The notes under the pieces: generated by a model | What the model was told of the DNA's origin: nothing | Seen by the model: only the letters and a program-made list of their open reading frames with translations | Database searches by the model: none | Made by a program: the position numbers and the translations under genes | In this document: positions 1 through 9,204 of the stretch, one piece after another | How the letters are laid out: every line of letters starts with the position of its first letter | Numbering within the stretch: the stretch's first letter is position 1 | Origin: an uncultured Candidatus Poseidoniales archaeon | Lineage (GTDB): Archaea; Thermoplasmatota; Poseidoniia; Poseidoniales; Thalassarchaeaceae | Length of the DNA: 57,605 nt | Direction: 5' to 3' | Assembly: GCA_963997805.1 (NCBI GenBank) | Contig: CAXEOD010000002.1 | Coordinates: forward strand, 1-57,605

Positions 1-3000
1 GGGCCAAGCCCTGCATTTGCGTTATCAGGGGCACATACAACTGCTGTTACAGTATATGGGTAATCGATAGTCCCCCAATGTCTAGGTTCATTCAACCCCA
101 TTGAATTGCCACCGGGTGCATTTGCGAAGTCTACTGTAAGAGTCCAGTGATCTTCTCTCCAAACATGTTCTGGAATTTCGACTGGTCTTGCTTCTGGTGC
201 ACCGGGTGTTGTGAAAACAATCCACCCTGGTTGGAAGTGTTTGATGACATCAATGTCATAACTTGCACAATCACCTGGTAAAACATATTCTGTAGTATCA
301 TAGATTTCAAATACAATATTGCCGGTTGAGCGGATGCTGACATTAACATACAATTCCAATACATCCATTGTACCTGAAGCAACAGACTTACGCGGTTCTC
401 CCATTGACCATCCCTTCAAGAACAGGGCAAATGTTCCCGGCTCCTGCGTCGTTGGCACACTAATCTCGAGATTCTTAGTAACTGACTGACCGGGATCAAG
501 TGATACTTGTAGAGGGAACCGAATCTGCCAACCAAATGGAAGTAGCCACTCTTGTTGCCCTTCAATCGTGTTTGGATCGTAGAAAGCAAAGCTATCAAAC
601 ACATTACCAATGTTTGTTATCGTAATAGAGAAAATTGCGGTTTGACCCTGTTCAACATCAGACCTTTCGTGTGAGGTGTCAAGTTGTATTCCGTGAACCA
701 CATCCATCATTGTCAGAGTCAACCTATCCGAACGAATAGCGGGATCTTTGTGAGATACCGCTGAAACCGTAACATACGAATTTTCGTCATGGTGCGCCTG
801 ATAAACTGATGGCGCCCTTACTCTCAAATATATTCTCGCAGACTCTCCACCTTTTAGGTAAATATCTGTATCTGGGAAGATGGCGGTGTGGTTGTTAGCA
901 AAGAACATCGTCATAGTCCAGTTGCCTGAGTTACATTGCTGCGAAATCCCGTGTGCTTCAGCAATTTCTTGCGGTACAATGCACATCATGCTGAGATTCA
1001 CTGAATATGTGTCAGCAACCAAATCAACTGGTCCAGGTGTTGTGTTGTTGATTGTCATATTGAATATTGTCTCTTCTCCTGGCTCAATAATATGTAACCA
1101 ATCAGCTTCTCCGTTTTCTAGGAAGACATCGACTTGACCGGTCAAAATATGTGTATAGCAAATCGTGTACATGTTGTTATTTGAGGAACCATCACACTTC
1201 GTTGTGTCAGACCATGCCATGTGTGCACCACTGCCAAGGTCGTTTGCAAATGCTGGTGGTTGTCCCATTTCAGGTGCGTGACCACTATTGGGACCTAACT
1301 TATCAGATGCCCACTTTGTTACTGGAGTTGGTTCCCATTCATCAAGAATGTATGAAGCCAGTGAGTTTAGAGGGATTCCATCTGGGTATGCATCATTGGT
1401 GTGATTCAAGCGAGTGTACATTACCTCTTCACCAGCAGTTGCATTGGAATTTTCTAACCATGCGATGTGAATGTTATCTTGTGCGTCTGCAAGAATAGAA
1501 GGCATGTAAGATGATGGACCCCATGGTCGTGATGGTGGAATATTATTCGCACCTTCAAATTCAGAAATTGGGTAGTCGTAAATCTGTTTGATACCATACG
1601 TTGGTAGTCCACCAGGGACACCATTCCAATCACTTGAGCCACGTAGTCTTAGGCGAGAGTACCAAACTTCGTAGTTGTCATCTTTGTCAAACCCATAACC
1701 ACGAGCATCCATCCAAGCAAGGTGGGTGTTTCCACTTGAATCAATTGCAATTGATGGATGTAGACTGAATGCATCATCAATAGTGATTCTAGTATCATTC
1801 ACCACGACAAGGTTGCCGTCTCCATTGGAATCAACCGAAGGGCCGATTCTCTCATAGTATGAGTTTCCAGTGACTGAGTGTCCTGGGTCACCATATCCCC
1901 AAGAGTTTGGGGCATTATCCACGAGTGAATGAGGGTCAAGAACTGTTAGGTAGATTTCACGAGAGTTGTTCGTTGCAAGATAAATCATTGCCTCCACTAG
2001 AAGAGCCATTGAATTTGAACCACCAGACGGGAACGCATGGGCCTGGCCGCCCGCATTCGTATTTCGAATCGTTGAACCAGGGCAAATTCTTGGCCCTGTT
2101 GATGTTTGTCCATTAGGGCATTTTGCCATATCAAGAGCTGCTGAAGCAACACCCTGGTTGCCTCCAGAATGCAATGGAACAGGAGTTACACCGGCAAGGA
2201 CACAAGCGTCGTGAGCTTCGTTAATGCTCTGTGAATCTTGTTGGTCAATTGGATGGCCTCCATATGGTCCTTCATCGGAAATAGGCATCACAATCTTAGT
2301 TGCATTAGGGTTCCACTTGTGGTCACGCTGAGTTGGTGGGTTACCTGGTACATTACCACCAGCATCCTTCCATGATAGACAAGCCCAAGTTGAACCAGGG
2401 CCCCAAAATTCAGAGTAATACCCACCATCTGAAGGTAGATTAGTTGCGGCACCACCGTAGACAACTTCTGTCAACTTTCGAATTCCACCTGAATGATCAG
2501 ATGGGTTTAGCCCAAGCGCTGTTGGGCGGACATTTCCGCCAGAACCACCGGTTGCATAAGCGGCTGCACAAGTGCCCCCACTAGCAGCACTTGGGGTATT
2601 ACCACTGAGAAGATACAATGTTTCGTAAACCGAAATGTTTGCATCCATCAGCATTGGTTTAATACCACGGAAATAGCCACCACTTGACCATTGGCCACCA
2701 TAGAACACAGTGCACATGTCAGCCCATTCTTGGTACATTGAACCTGATGTATCAATTGGTGCTGCGAATTCCACCTTTCCTCCACGTGTATCATCCCATA
2801 CAATCTGGACGAAGTCATTAGCGTCAACAGCTATGTCTGGATGTCCCTTGTGACCAATAATTGGAGTAAGTAAGGTGTCATCAATTGCAGTTATTGCTTC
2901 TCGGGTAGAGAGGTCAATGTCTAGCATTGTGTAGTATATCTGTGGTTGCTGGTAAAATTTGTCAAGTTGCTCGTACGCATCTTGCCAAACAATGTGAACC

Positions 3001-3527
3001 GAGCCAAGCGAGTCGAGTGCTATGGCTGGCCATCCCCTGTCTTGGTTCCGTTGGCTAACTATGAAATCATCAACCATTGAAAGAGTTGAATCGTCACCTG
3101 GGGAACCGTCTTGAGGGTGGAATGAAGGATCTAGGAGAGTGTACACAATTGAGTGCTGACCAGCTGTGTTAGTCCACACAATGTGCACCATTCCGCTATC
3201 ATCGACCTCAATATCTGGATTCCAAGAACGGTGCGCACCAGTATTGGATATCTGAGTTGCAGATATCACTGTTTGCGCTCTTGCATCTAACATTGTGTAA
3301 AACAAATGTTGGGTGTTCCTACTCCACACAATGTGGATATTACCGTCTGCGTCAGAATCCACTGCCGCCATTCTATCATTCACTTGGCCACCATCGACCA
3401 CTTGTACTGCATCTGTGATGACCACTTGGGCTGCTTCTACATCTCCAATTGCTGGCGAATAGCCTGCCAAAAGGCTACTCATCACCATTAGTAAAACCAT
3501 CATCACACTCTTATTTGTGTCATTCAT
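1..3527 (-). CDS. Large secreted surface protein, 3' end outside the window (>1170 aa): signal peptide, HIVW-type repeat modules, inserted vWA domain, C-terminal CARDB/NEW3-like Ig-fold domains
   Basis: Absent from the ORF track because no stop lies inside the window. Minus-strand ATG at 3525-3527 (ATGAATGACACAAATAAG) has GAAGGAG about 9 nt upstream. The frame stayed open to position 1 in every block I checked by hand, and all tracked ORFs in 1-3500 are <=115 aa. N-terminus MNDTNKSVMMVLLMVMSSLLAGYSPAIG looks like a signal peptide. Repeats end in DGNIHIVWS, SGMVHIVWT, LGSVHIVWQD, NDFVQIVWDD, then GNTHLAWMD, DNIHIAWLE, GAHMAWSD. MIDAS-like VEFAAPIDTSGSM lies near 2735-2766, with ISDEGP further on. 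C-terminal blocks such as QGQTAIFSITITNIGN...SLDPGQSVTKNLEISVP...PGTFALFL resemble CARDB/NEW3 domains. Confidence 0.8.
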   Translation of the reverse strand, partial: MNDTNKSVMMVLLMVMSSLLAGYSPAIGDVEAAQVVITDAVQVVDGGQVNDRMAAVDSDADGNIHIVWSRNTQHLFYTMLDARAQTVISATQISNTGAHRSWNPDIEVDDSGMVHIVWTNTAGQHSIVYTLLDPSFHPQDGSPGDDSTLSMVDDFIVSQRNQDRGWPAIALDSLGSVHIVWQDAYEQLDKFYQQPQIYYTMLDIDLSTREAITAIDDTLLTPIIGHKGHPDIAVDANDFVQIVWDDTRGGKVEFAAPIDTSGSMYQEWADMCTVFYGGQWSSGGYFRGIKPMLMDANISVYETLYLLSGNTPSAASGGTCAAAYATGGSGGNVRPTALGLNPSDHSGGIRKLTEVVYGGAATNLPSDGGYYSEFWGPGSTWACLSWKDAGGNVPGNPPTQRDHKWNPNATKIVMPISDEGPYGGHPIDQQDSQSINEAHDACVLAGVTPVPLHSGGNQGVASAALDMAKCPNGQTSTGPRICPGSTIRNTNAGGQAHAFPSGGSNSMALLVEAMIYLATNNSREIYLTVLDPHSLVDNAPNSWGYGDPGHSVTGNSYYERIGPSVDSNGDGNLVVVNDTRITIDDAFSLHPSIAIDSSGNTHLAWMDARGYGFDKDDNYEVWYSRLRLRGSSDWNGVPGGLPTYGIKQIYDYPISEFEGANNIPPSRPWGPSSYMPSILADAQDNIHIAWLENSNATAGEEVMYTRLNHTNDAYPDGIPLNSLASYILDEWEPTPVTKWASDKLGPNSGHAPEMGQPPAFANDLGSGAHMAWSDTTKCDGSSNNNMYTICYTHILTGQVDVFLENGEADWLHIIEPGEETIFNMTINNTTPGPVDLVADTYSVNLSMMCIVPQEIAEAHGISQQCNSGNWTMTMFFANNHTAIFPDTDIYLKGGESARIYLRVRAPSVYQAHHDENSYVTVSAVSHKDPAIRSDRLTLTMMDVVHGIQLDTSHERSDVEQGQTAIFSITITNIGNVFDSFAFYDPNTIEGQQEWLLPFGWQIRFPLQVSLDPGQSVTKNLEISVPTTQEPGTFALFLKGWSMGEPRKSVASGTMDVLELYVNVSIRSTGNIVFEIYDTTEYVLPGDCASYDIDVIKHFQPGWIVFTTPGAPEARPVEIPEHVWREDHWTLTVDFANAPGGNSMGLNEPRHWGTIDYPYTVTAVVCAPDNANAGLG

Positions 3528-3680
3528 TCTTATCGACTCCTTCAGTATCACTACTGCGTTATTGTGAATGCCATAGATTTGGTACTTAACCGCGACGCTT
3601 TGCGGTCATATTTTGATTTAAATTATCCAATAAAAAATCTAACCGTAAATCAACCGATTCCACAACGAATATTTTATCTT

Positions 3681-4298
3681 TCATTGCCATTCTGAGGGAT
3701 CAAAACCAGAGCCAAAAGAACCGCCTTCATCGGTAGACACCACATTATCTCGTTGTGGGGGTAAACGTTGTACTCCTTGCTGTTGTTGCCAGTCATCAAC
3801 AGGTCCGGGTTTACCAACCCCTGGACCAAATGAATATTTTATTTCATGGATTAATGCTAGTTTTGTGAGCCATAAATGACGAAGTGTTTGCATCAACTCA
3901 TTCTGACTCAATCCATCTGTCCAAATTGGTTTACTAAGATTAAACGCTTGAAGTGGGCCGGGGGGACTCTCTGTAGAATTTCGTACATGTAAAACCCAAT
4001 CAACCCCACTACGGGTTAAGTGAAGGCGGCTTTCGTGTAACCAACCCTCCCAACCAGAATCGTCTTCCTCACTTCGCTTAGACATTGCATCTTGTTGACC
4101 TGCATCTACTTGGGTGACTGTTGAAACTACTACCAAATTCCGCTGTTTTGGTGATGCGATATTGAACACATGGCCGTGAGGAGTTGGTGGGTAACGCACC
4201 ATCAGGTGAAAATCGGCGCGCTGGTCGGGTCGCTCCCTGACCTCAAGCCCTTCACTGATTAGCCAATCACGTATATTGGCCTCGTAATCACCACTCAT
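3681..4298 (-). CDS. Hypothetical protein (205 aa), globular N-part plus Gln/Gly/Pro-rich tail
   Basis: Tracked ORF that fills the gap between two same-strand genes with no competing ORF. I recognise no family by eye; a YbjN/DUF2299-like fold is only a guess. Confidence 0.55.
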   Translation of the reverse strand: MSGDYEANIRDWLISEGLEVRERPDQRADFHLMVRYPPTPHGHVFNIASPKQRNLVVVSTVTQVDAGQQDAMSKRSEEDDSGWEGWLHESRLHLTRSGVDWVLHVRNSTESPPGPLQAFNLSKPIWTDGLSQNELMQTLRHLWLTKLALIHEIKYSFGPGVGKPGPVDDWQQQQGVQRLPPQRDNVVSTDEGGSFGSGFDPSEWQ

Positions 4299-4319
4299 AG
4301 AAGTCGTGAGGATGGCAGA

Positions 4320-5888
4320 CTATTTGAGCGCACCGAGCATCTCTGATAAATTATCAAATTCAGTTCTGAGAGAATCCCAACCCCTTGTGCGGGATGAGGA
4401 ATATGTGTGAAAATTTCGTCTAATGTCAATAGTAATACGAAGAAATCCCCTACACGCGAAGGCACTCACATCGGTGATAAACCAAAGGAAAAGAAAGAGG
4501 GTGGGTACCATAATATAAGCTGAATATTCTGGGAAATGACCCATCCGTAATAACACCAAAGCTGTGCCAAAGTGAATTAGTGGACGAATAAAAACAGTGC
4601 CAAGCAGGCTTGTCATCATATGGAACGTTGTTCTTTTATCAACCGCTTCGCCATTGAATTTAGCAAGCAAGAACCCAATGAGAGATTGAATACCATTACC
4701 AACAATTGTGAAAGGTAATGCAAGAGCGATTAGAGGTGTGAGAACCAATGCCAATGCTATATTTTTCCAGTTTATCTCGGCAGAGGTGGGGTGGGATGCG
4801 CGAGCGTCCAGCCCCATTTCATGAAGTGTTTTGGCGGCTTTTCGAGCCGGTTCAGTTAGTTTTGAAGTGACCGCTAAATCCTCTTCACCACACGCCTCTG
4901 GCCCATGCCATACTTTTTTTGTTGAACCGCGCATTTGGTCGCGAATTGCGCGCCCATGCAATACTTCTTGTTGCCAAGTAGTCAAGCGTTTCCCTGCTAA
5001 TCCAGCATCAAGGTGACCAAGCAATAACCACGCTCGCCATGTATCAATATCTGGGGCATCGGGGGTTAAGTAACCTAACCTATCTCTCATCTCATTTCGA
5101 ACAGTGATGGTTGTTTCTCTATCTGGCTCAATCCATTCACCGGCGAGTAATTTAGCTCCATGGTTTTTATCAGGAAGTTCGGGAAGATGAATAGGCTCAG
5201 CAAATTCAACTAAGACTTCTGAAAACCACGCGTGAGGGTCACGAAAAGTAAGGCCTACCGGTAAAATTACTGGAATATCATTACCAATTTCTCTTGCTAA
5301 GGCTGCAGCATTGAGGGCTGAACGAACTGGTCCTGTTCGTAAACGGATAAGATGTGACTCGCTGTGGGAATGTCCTTCAGGTAACAATATTGATGCTTGA
5401 CCATGAGCGAGTTTTGATGCAACAGTCAACATACTTGCAGTATTAACACGGGTTGCTACTTCATCATCAACAAACCCTCTCAATCTCTCTGCTTGGCGAA
5501 GCAATGGTTGGACCCCCATTCTCCTACCCCACCAACCAATAATAGGCCCTGTTAGGACATCTTGTCGGCCTGCAAAAACAAATGGCTTGTTTATTTTTAG
5601 AACTATCACTAGTGGATCTATCAAGCCTGCAGTGTGCCATGCAACGGCAAGTACCCCTGGCCCATCGTTGGGGTCTTCGCCATGATAATGGTACCAAGTT
5701 CTACTCATCACGTGGTCATGCCCATATTGCATCATCTGGCGGATTACTGGCCAAAAACCAGTAGTTGTAAGATGGGTATCAGAAAAATCAGGTTTGTGAT
5801 ATTTGAGAATACGCTCAAGATTTACATTGCTTGAACGCTTTGTCAGCGGGGGTAATTCATCGCCACGATGGTCGACACCCTCTTCCAT
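4320..5888 (-). CDS. PlsC-like lysophospholipid/glycerol-phosphate acyltransferase family protein with C-terminal membrane domain
   Basis: 522 aa. Acyltransferase blocks: AWHTAGLIDPLV (H-x5-D variant of the HxxxxD motif), FAGRQD, and ILLPEGHSHSE (equivalent to the FPEGTRS block). Three hydrophobic helices follow near the C-terminus (ALALVLTPLIALALPFTIV, LLGTVFIRPLIHFGTALVLL, IMVPTLFLFLWFITDVSAF). Confidence 0.65.
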   Translation of the reverse strand: MEEGVDHRGDELPPLTKRSSNVNLERILKYHKPDFSDTHLTTTGFWPVIRQMMQYGHDHVMSRTWYHYHGEDPNDGPGVLAVAWHTAGLIDPLVIVLKINKPFVFAGRQDVLTGPIIGWWGRRMGVQPLLRQAERLRGFVDDEVATRVNTASMLTVASKLAHGQASILLPEGHSHSESHLIRLRTGPVRSALNAAALAREIGNDIPVILPVGLTFRDPHAWFSEVLVEFAEPIHLPELPDKNHGAKLLAGEWIEPDRETTITVRNEMRDRLGYLTPDAPDIDTWRAWLLLGHLDAGLAGKRLTTWQQEVLHGRAIRDQMRGSTKKVWHGPEACGEEDLAVTSKLTEPARKAAKTLHEMGLDARASHPTSAEINWKNIALALVLTPLIALALPFTIVGNGIQSLIGFLLAKFNGEAVDKRTTFHMMTSLLGTVFIRPLIHFGTALVLLRMGHFPEYSAYIMVPTLFLFLWFITDVSAFACRGFLRITIDIRRNFHTYSSSRTRGWDSLRTEFDNLSEMLGALK

Positions 5889-5930
5889 ACACCTTCGGAG
5901 ATGGCATCAAACCATCAATTCGCCGGGTGT

Positions 5931-6365
5931 TTAATCTGTGGATAATTCATTTGCGAGATTAGTTAGCGCAGAAAAATCAGGGTCTAGTGTACCTGGTGGG
6001 GAAGTGTTAGGGAACATCGCCAATATACTCTTACCACCATCTCCAAGATTTCTAGGGATAATATGAATATGGACGTGTGGTATTTCTTGGCCTGCTGCTG
6101 GCCCATCGTGAACTACGATGGTGCAATCCGATGTTCCAAAGTGATTACACAACTTTTCTGAAACCATTGCTACACCTTCCATCAAAGAGTGTTGACTCTC
6201 TTTACTCAAATCCCTAACTCTCTGCTTTTGCTCAACGGGAACTATGAGCGTATGGCCTTCAGCGCGTGGATTGATATCAAGAAATGCAACCCATAATTCA
6301 TTCTTAGCGATGAAGGATGCTGGGATTTCTCCTTCGATTATCTTAGTGAATAAGCTGGGCTCCAT
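5931..6365 (-). CDS. HIT (histidine triad) family nucleotide hydrolase/transferase
   Basis: Histidine triad GQEIPHVHIHIIPR. I moved the start to ATG 6363-6365 (MEPSLFTKIIEGEIP, a typical HIT N-terminus). It overlaps the upstream stop as TAATG. The track ORF extends to 6392. Confidence 0.85.
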   Translation of the reverse strand: MEPSLFTKIIEGEIPASFIAKNELWVAFLDINPRAEGHTLIVPVEQKQRVRDLSKESQHSLMEGVAMVSEKLCNHFGTSDCTIVVHDGPAAGQEIPHVHIHIIPRNLGDGGKSILAMFPNTSPPGTLDPDFSALTNLANELSTD

Positions 6366-7624
6366 TATGCACAACTCCCTGGAGGAGTCCACACAAATTC
6401 GATGCCTTTGTGACTAGGACCCACCCAACTAATACGATGGCTTCCACCAATCAAATCAATTGTTCCATCACCATCAATATCGCCTGAGTCAAATGTCATT
6501 ACATACCTCAAAATTTGGGTGGATTCGTGTCTAGTAAATTGTTCGTTACCATCGTTCTCTAATATCACAATATCAATGCGGTCCCCATCTGGGAAGAAAT
6601 ATGAAATCTGTAACGTTCCAACCATGATATCAAGGTCGCCATCATCATCTATGTCAACCGCGTGACCGGTAAACGCCCCCCACACATTGGTTAATCGGTG
6701 ACGGGTGAATTCCCCTGAGCCATCATTCTCTAACCAATTTACACCATGATAAGAATGGGGGTCAATCTCTGCTGGTAAATCCATATCAAGAGTGTCGCCA
6801 TTGGAATAAATAATATCTGAATCACCGTCTTGGTCAAGGTCAACTACCTCTAATCCAGACATCCCGTAGAAGGTTTCATCTTCGTTAACCAGAGAATGCT
6901 TCGTGAAGTTACCCTCACCATTATTTCGATAAATGTTGATTTCTTCTGATACTTGGGAAAGGGATACCGCGATATCCAAATCTCCATCACCATCAAGGTC
7001 AAATGGGAATGCGTGGATTACGCCTGAGCGCTCATCGATATTATGTCTGACCCAAGTATTGTTTTCACTTTGCTCTAACCAGAATAAACTACCCTCTAAA
7101 TTGCCGAACTCACAGACTACTAAATCTAAATCCCCATCAAGATCAAAATCACCTGATTCGGCACATACTGTTCGACCAATTCCATCTATCAATGTAACCG
7201 GTTGGAACTCGTCGCCTGCAAGTCCTTTCAGCATCACGACTTTGCCAACCAATTCGTCTGCTGGGGGAAGAATACCAATATCTGCAACGATGATATCAGT
7301 GAAACCATCATGATTTAAATCAACTATATGAGTTCTGACTGGAGCAATGAACCCATCGCTGAACACCTGCTCAACACAGCCGTCTTCGTCACAAATTACC
7401 CTAGTAATTGTACCATCCAAAGGGTGGGTTGAGAATATTTCATCCACCCCATTACCATCTAAGTCTGCTAATCTAATGTTGGCTGTAGTTACCCCATCAG
7501 GGTCGGGCAAATATTCTATTGTTGAAAGCCCCTCTTCACATGGTTCTTCTTTGGGAGGGGAAACACAACCTGAAAAAAATACGAGCAAAACCATGAATAT
7601 CATGAGAATTGAATGCAGACGCAT
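6365..7624 (-). CDS. Secreted FG-GAP/VCBS-repeat (integrin-alpha-like beta-propeller) lipoprotein
   Basis: Repeated Ca-binding-type loops: DLDGNGVDE, DLNHDGFTD, DFDLDGDLD, DLDGDGDLD, DLDQDGDSD, DIDDDGDLD, DIDGDGTID. I moved the start to ATG 7622-7624 (MRLHSILMIFMVLLVFFSGC, signal peptide plus lipobox-like Cys), because the longer track ORF (to 7744) overlaps the upstream gene. Confidence 0.8.
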   Translation of the reverse strand: MRLHSILMIFMVLLVFFSGCVSPPKEEPCEEGLSTIEYLPDPDGVTTANIRLADLDGNGVDEIFSTHPLDGTITRVICDEDGCVEQVFSDGFIAPVRTHIVDLNHDGFTDIIVADIGILPPADELVGKVVMLKGLAGDEFQPVTLIDGIGRTVCAESGDFDLDGDLDLVVCEFGNLEGSLFWLEQSENNTWVRHNIDERSGVIHAFPFDLDGDGDLDIAVSLSQVSEEINIYRNNGEGNFTKHSLVNEDETFYGMSGLEVVDLDQDGDSDIIYSNGDTLDMDLPAEIDPHSYHGVNWLENDGSGEFTRHRLTNVWGAFTGHAVDIDDDGDLDIMVGTLQISYFFPDGDRIDIVILENDGNEQFTRHESTQILRYVMTFDSGDIDGDGTIDLIGGSHRISWVGPSHKGIEFVWTPPGSCA

Positions 7625-7679
7625 GGTTGTCGCAGGTTGGCAGAGATGGTCAACATTGCGGCTATTCAATGAAGACGAA

Positions 7680-9179
7680 TTACTCGTCACTGCGTTGATG
7701 ACTACCACATGATTCAACTCGGTCCATTGCTGACTCAACAGCATTTAGAGAGACTCTTACCATTCCTTCAAGACGGAATACCTCAACTAATTCAGTATTC
7801 ATTACCGGGCTCTCATCTGATAATGTTATTTCAGTCTCAGCAAGTTGTGAAAGTCGTTCCGCGGCACCAGTTAAGGAAGTCCCTTCACGACTTACCCCCA
7901 TTGTATCTGACATAATTGAATTCAATTGGGTTGAAACTTGGCCCCTTGTCATTCCAGAATCTGTTGCTGCTAATAATTTACCAAAGCGGTCTGCTGCTGC
8001 TGTCAAAGCAGAATCTATCGCATCAGAATCTGAAAATTGTAAATCCGCAGCATGTTCTGCGGCAGAAGCACCTGCATTAGAACCACCATCAAGAGATTCC
8101 AACAACCTGTTACCAACAGCCATGTCTGCACCATGGAATCCACTGCAAGCACAATCCCCAGCAACAAATAATCCACCGTGCGAAGAAACTTTTCCAGTCA
8201 TATCACAAGGAACGCCACCAATCGTAGTTGAAACTTGAGGGGATATTGGGATCACTGTCTCGCTCATTTGACCCCCAAGGCGTGAAGATACTCTTTCTGA
8301 GGTGTCACCATACCACACAGGAGTGCCGCGGGTTAGGACACGGGCGTCCAACACACATTGTTCGCCTGAATTAAGCAAGGATTGTGAGGCTTCGGAAATG
8401 CCACCTTCGGATGAGAATACAATATCACTACCTGAAGCGGAACGCACCGATGCGCCATCATCTAAGATTGCAAATGGTAGTTGCAGGCCATGCATCTGCA
8501 TACTAAGGGGATTCCAGCCTACAAATTCAAGATTGTTTAGAGAAACTCCTGCATCGGAAGCTAACCAAAGACCTGTTCCACCACTACCACCATTCCATGC
8601 TGATTCAAATCCGTCAGTGGCGAGAATTAGTGATTTTACCTTCAGAGCCACCATTTCACCGCGCTGTACATCTAAGGTAATGAGCCCTGTAACCGCATCT
8701 GATTCGGTTACAAGGGAAAGTGATTGCATATCCCCCCTTCTAGGAATCGCTCGCTTCATACACTGCTCTTCAAGGAGTGAATGCAATTCTCGGCCCGTAG
8801 TATCGCCAGTTGTTGCTACTCGTGATTGAGTGTGACCAGGTCCAGAACTGAGGAGGGGTAAGCCATTTTTTCCACGGCGGAGAACAAGTCCCCAACGCTC
8901 TAATTCTGCTAGATGATTGAAGGCAGATGCTGTTCTGTGTCGTACTGTTGTTTCGTCACATTGACCTAATCCGACGGCAATTGTATCCTTTGCATGGCCA
9001 TCATAATTGGTCTCATCTAGTGATACAGCAAAGCCTTCAACTGATGTTGATGCGCCGCCTGAGCCTATTGCACCCTCTTCTAAAATTGTCACTGACGCAC
9101 CTGCATCATGAGCCGCGATAGCAGCTCGTAATCCGGCTACAGTGCCGCCTACAACAACTACATCCCAGGCTTCCATCAA
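7680..9179 (-). CDS. FAD-dependent oxidoreductase of the SdhA/FrdA/NadB flavoprotein family, divergent active site
   Basis: 499 aa. N-terminal dinucleotide fold VVVVGGTVAGLRAAIAAHDAGASVTILEE, family blocks GDTTGRE, LILATDG, FVAGDCACSGFHGA, and C-terminal RVESCGSHQRSD (cf. RxESRGxHxRxD). GGAGGG lies 4 nt upstream of the ATG. See the finding on substituted catalytic residues. Confidence 0.7.
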   Translation of the reverse strand: MMEAWDVVVVGGTVAGLRAAIAAHDAGASVTILEEGAIGSGGASTSVEGFAVSLDETNYDGHAKDTIAVGLGQCDETTVRHRTASAFNHLAELERWGLVLRRGKNGLPLLSSGPGHTQSRVATTGDTTGRELHSLLEEQCMKRAIPRRGDMQSLSLVTESDAVTGLITLDVQRGEMVALKVKSLILATDGFESAWNGGSGGTGLWLASDAGVSLNNLEFVGWNPLSMQMHGLQLPFAILDDGASVRSASGSDIVFSSEGGISEASQSLLNSGEQCVLDARVLTRGTPVWYGDTSERVSSRLGGQMSETVIPISPQVSTTIGGVPCDMTGKVSSHGGLFVAGDCACSGFHGADMAVGNRLLESLDGGSNAGASAAEHAADLQFSDSDAIDSALTAAADRFGKLLAATDSGMTRGQVSTQLNSIMSDTMGVSREGTSLTGAAERLSQLAETEITLSDESPVMNTELVEVFRLEGMVRVSLNAVESAMDRVESCGSHQRSDE

Positions 9180-9204
9180 AGCCCTCCACTAGCCGCCGCA
9201 TCAT

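Noticed and set aside
1-3500. Apparent 3.5-kb ORF desert, which first suggested non-coding DNA, a pseudogene field or an alternative genetic code
   Set aside because: A single minus-strand frame from ATG 3527 reads through to the window edge under the standard code. The track apparently omits ORFs that lack a stop inside the window.
8302-8829. 175-aa plus-strand ORF inside the flavoprotein gene. Similar antisense ORFs lie at 9876-10385, 15089-15724, 18416-18913, 26701-27201, 27205-27450, 29018-29554 and 45196-45597.
   Set aside because: Each lies antisense to a gene with clear family motifs. Their translations are Ser/Pro/Arg-rich and low-complexity, as expected for shadow ORFs. No independent SD or promoter evidence.
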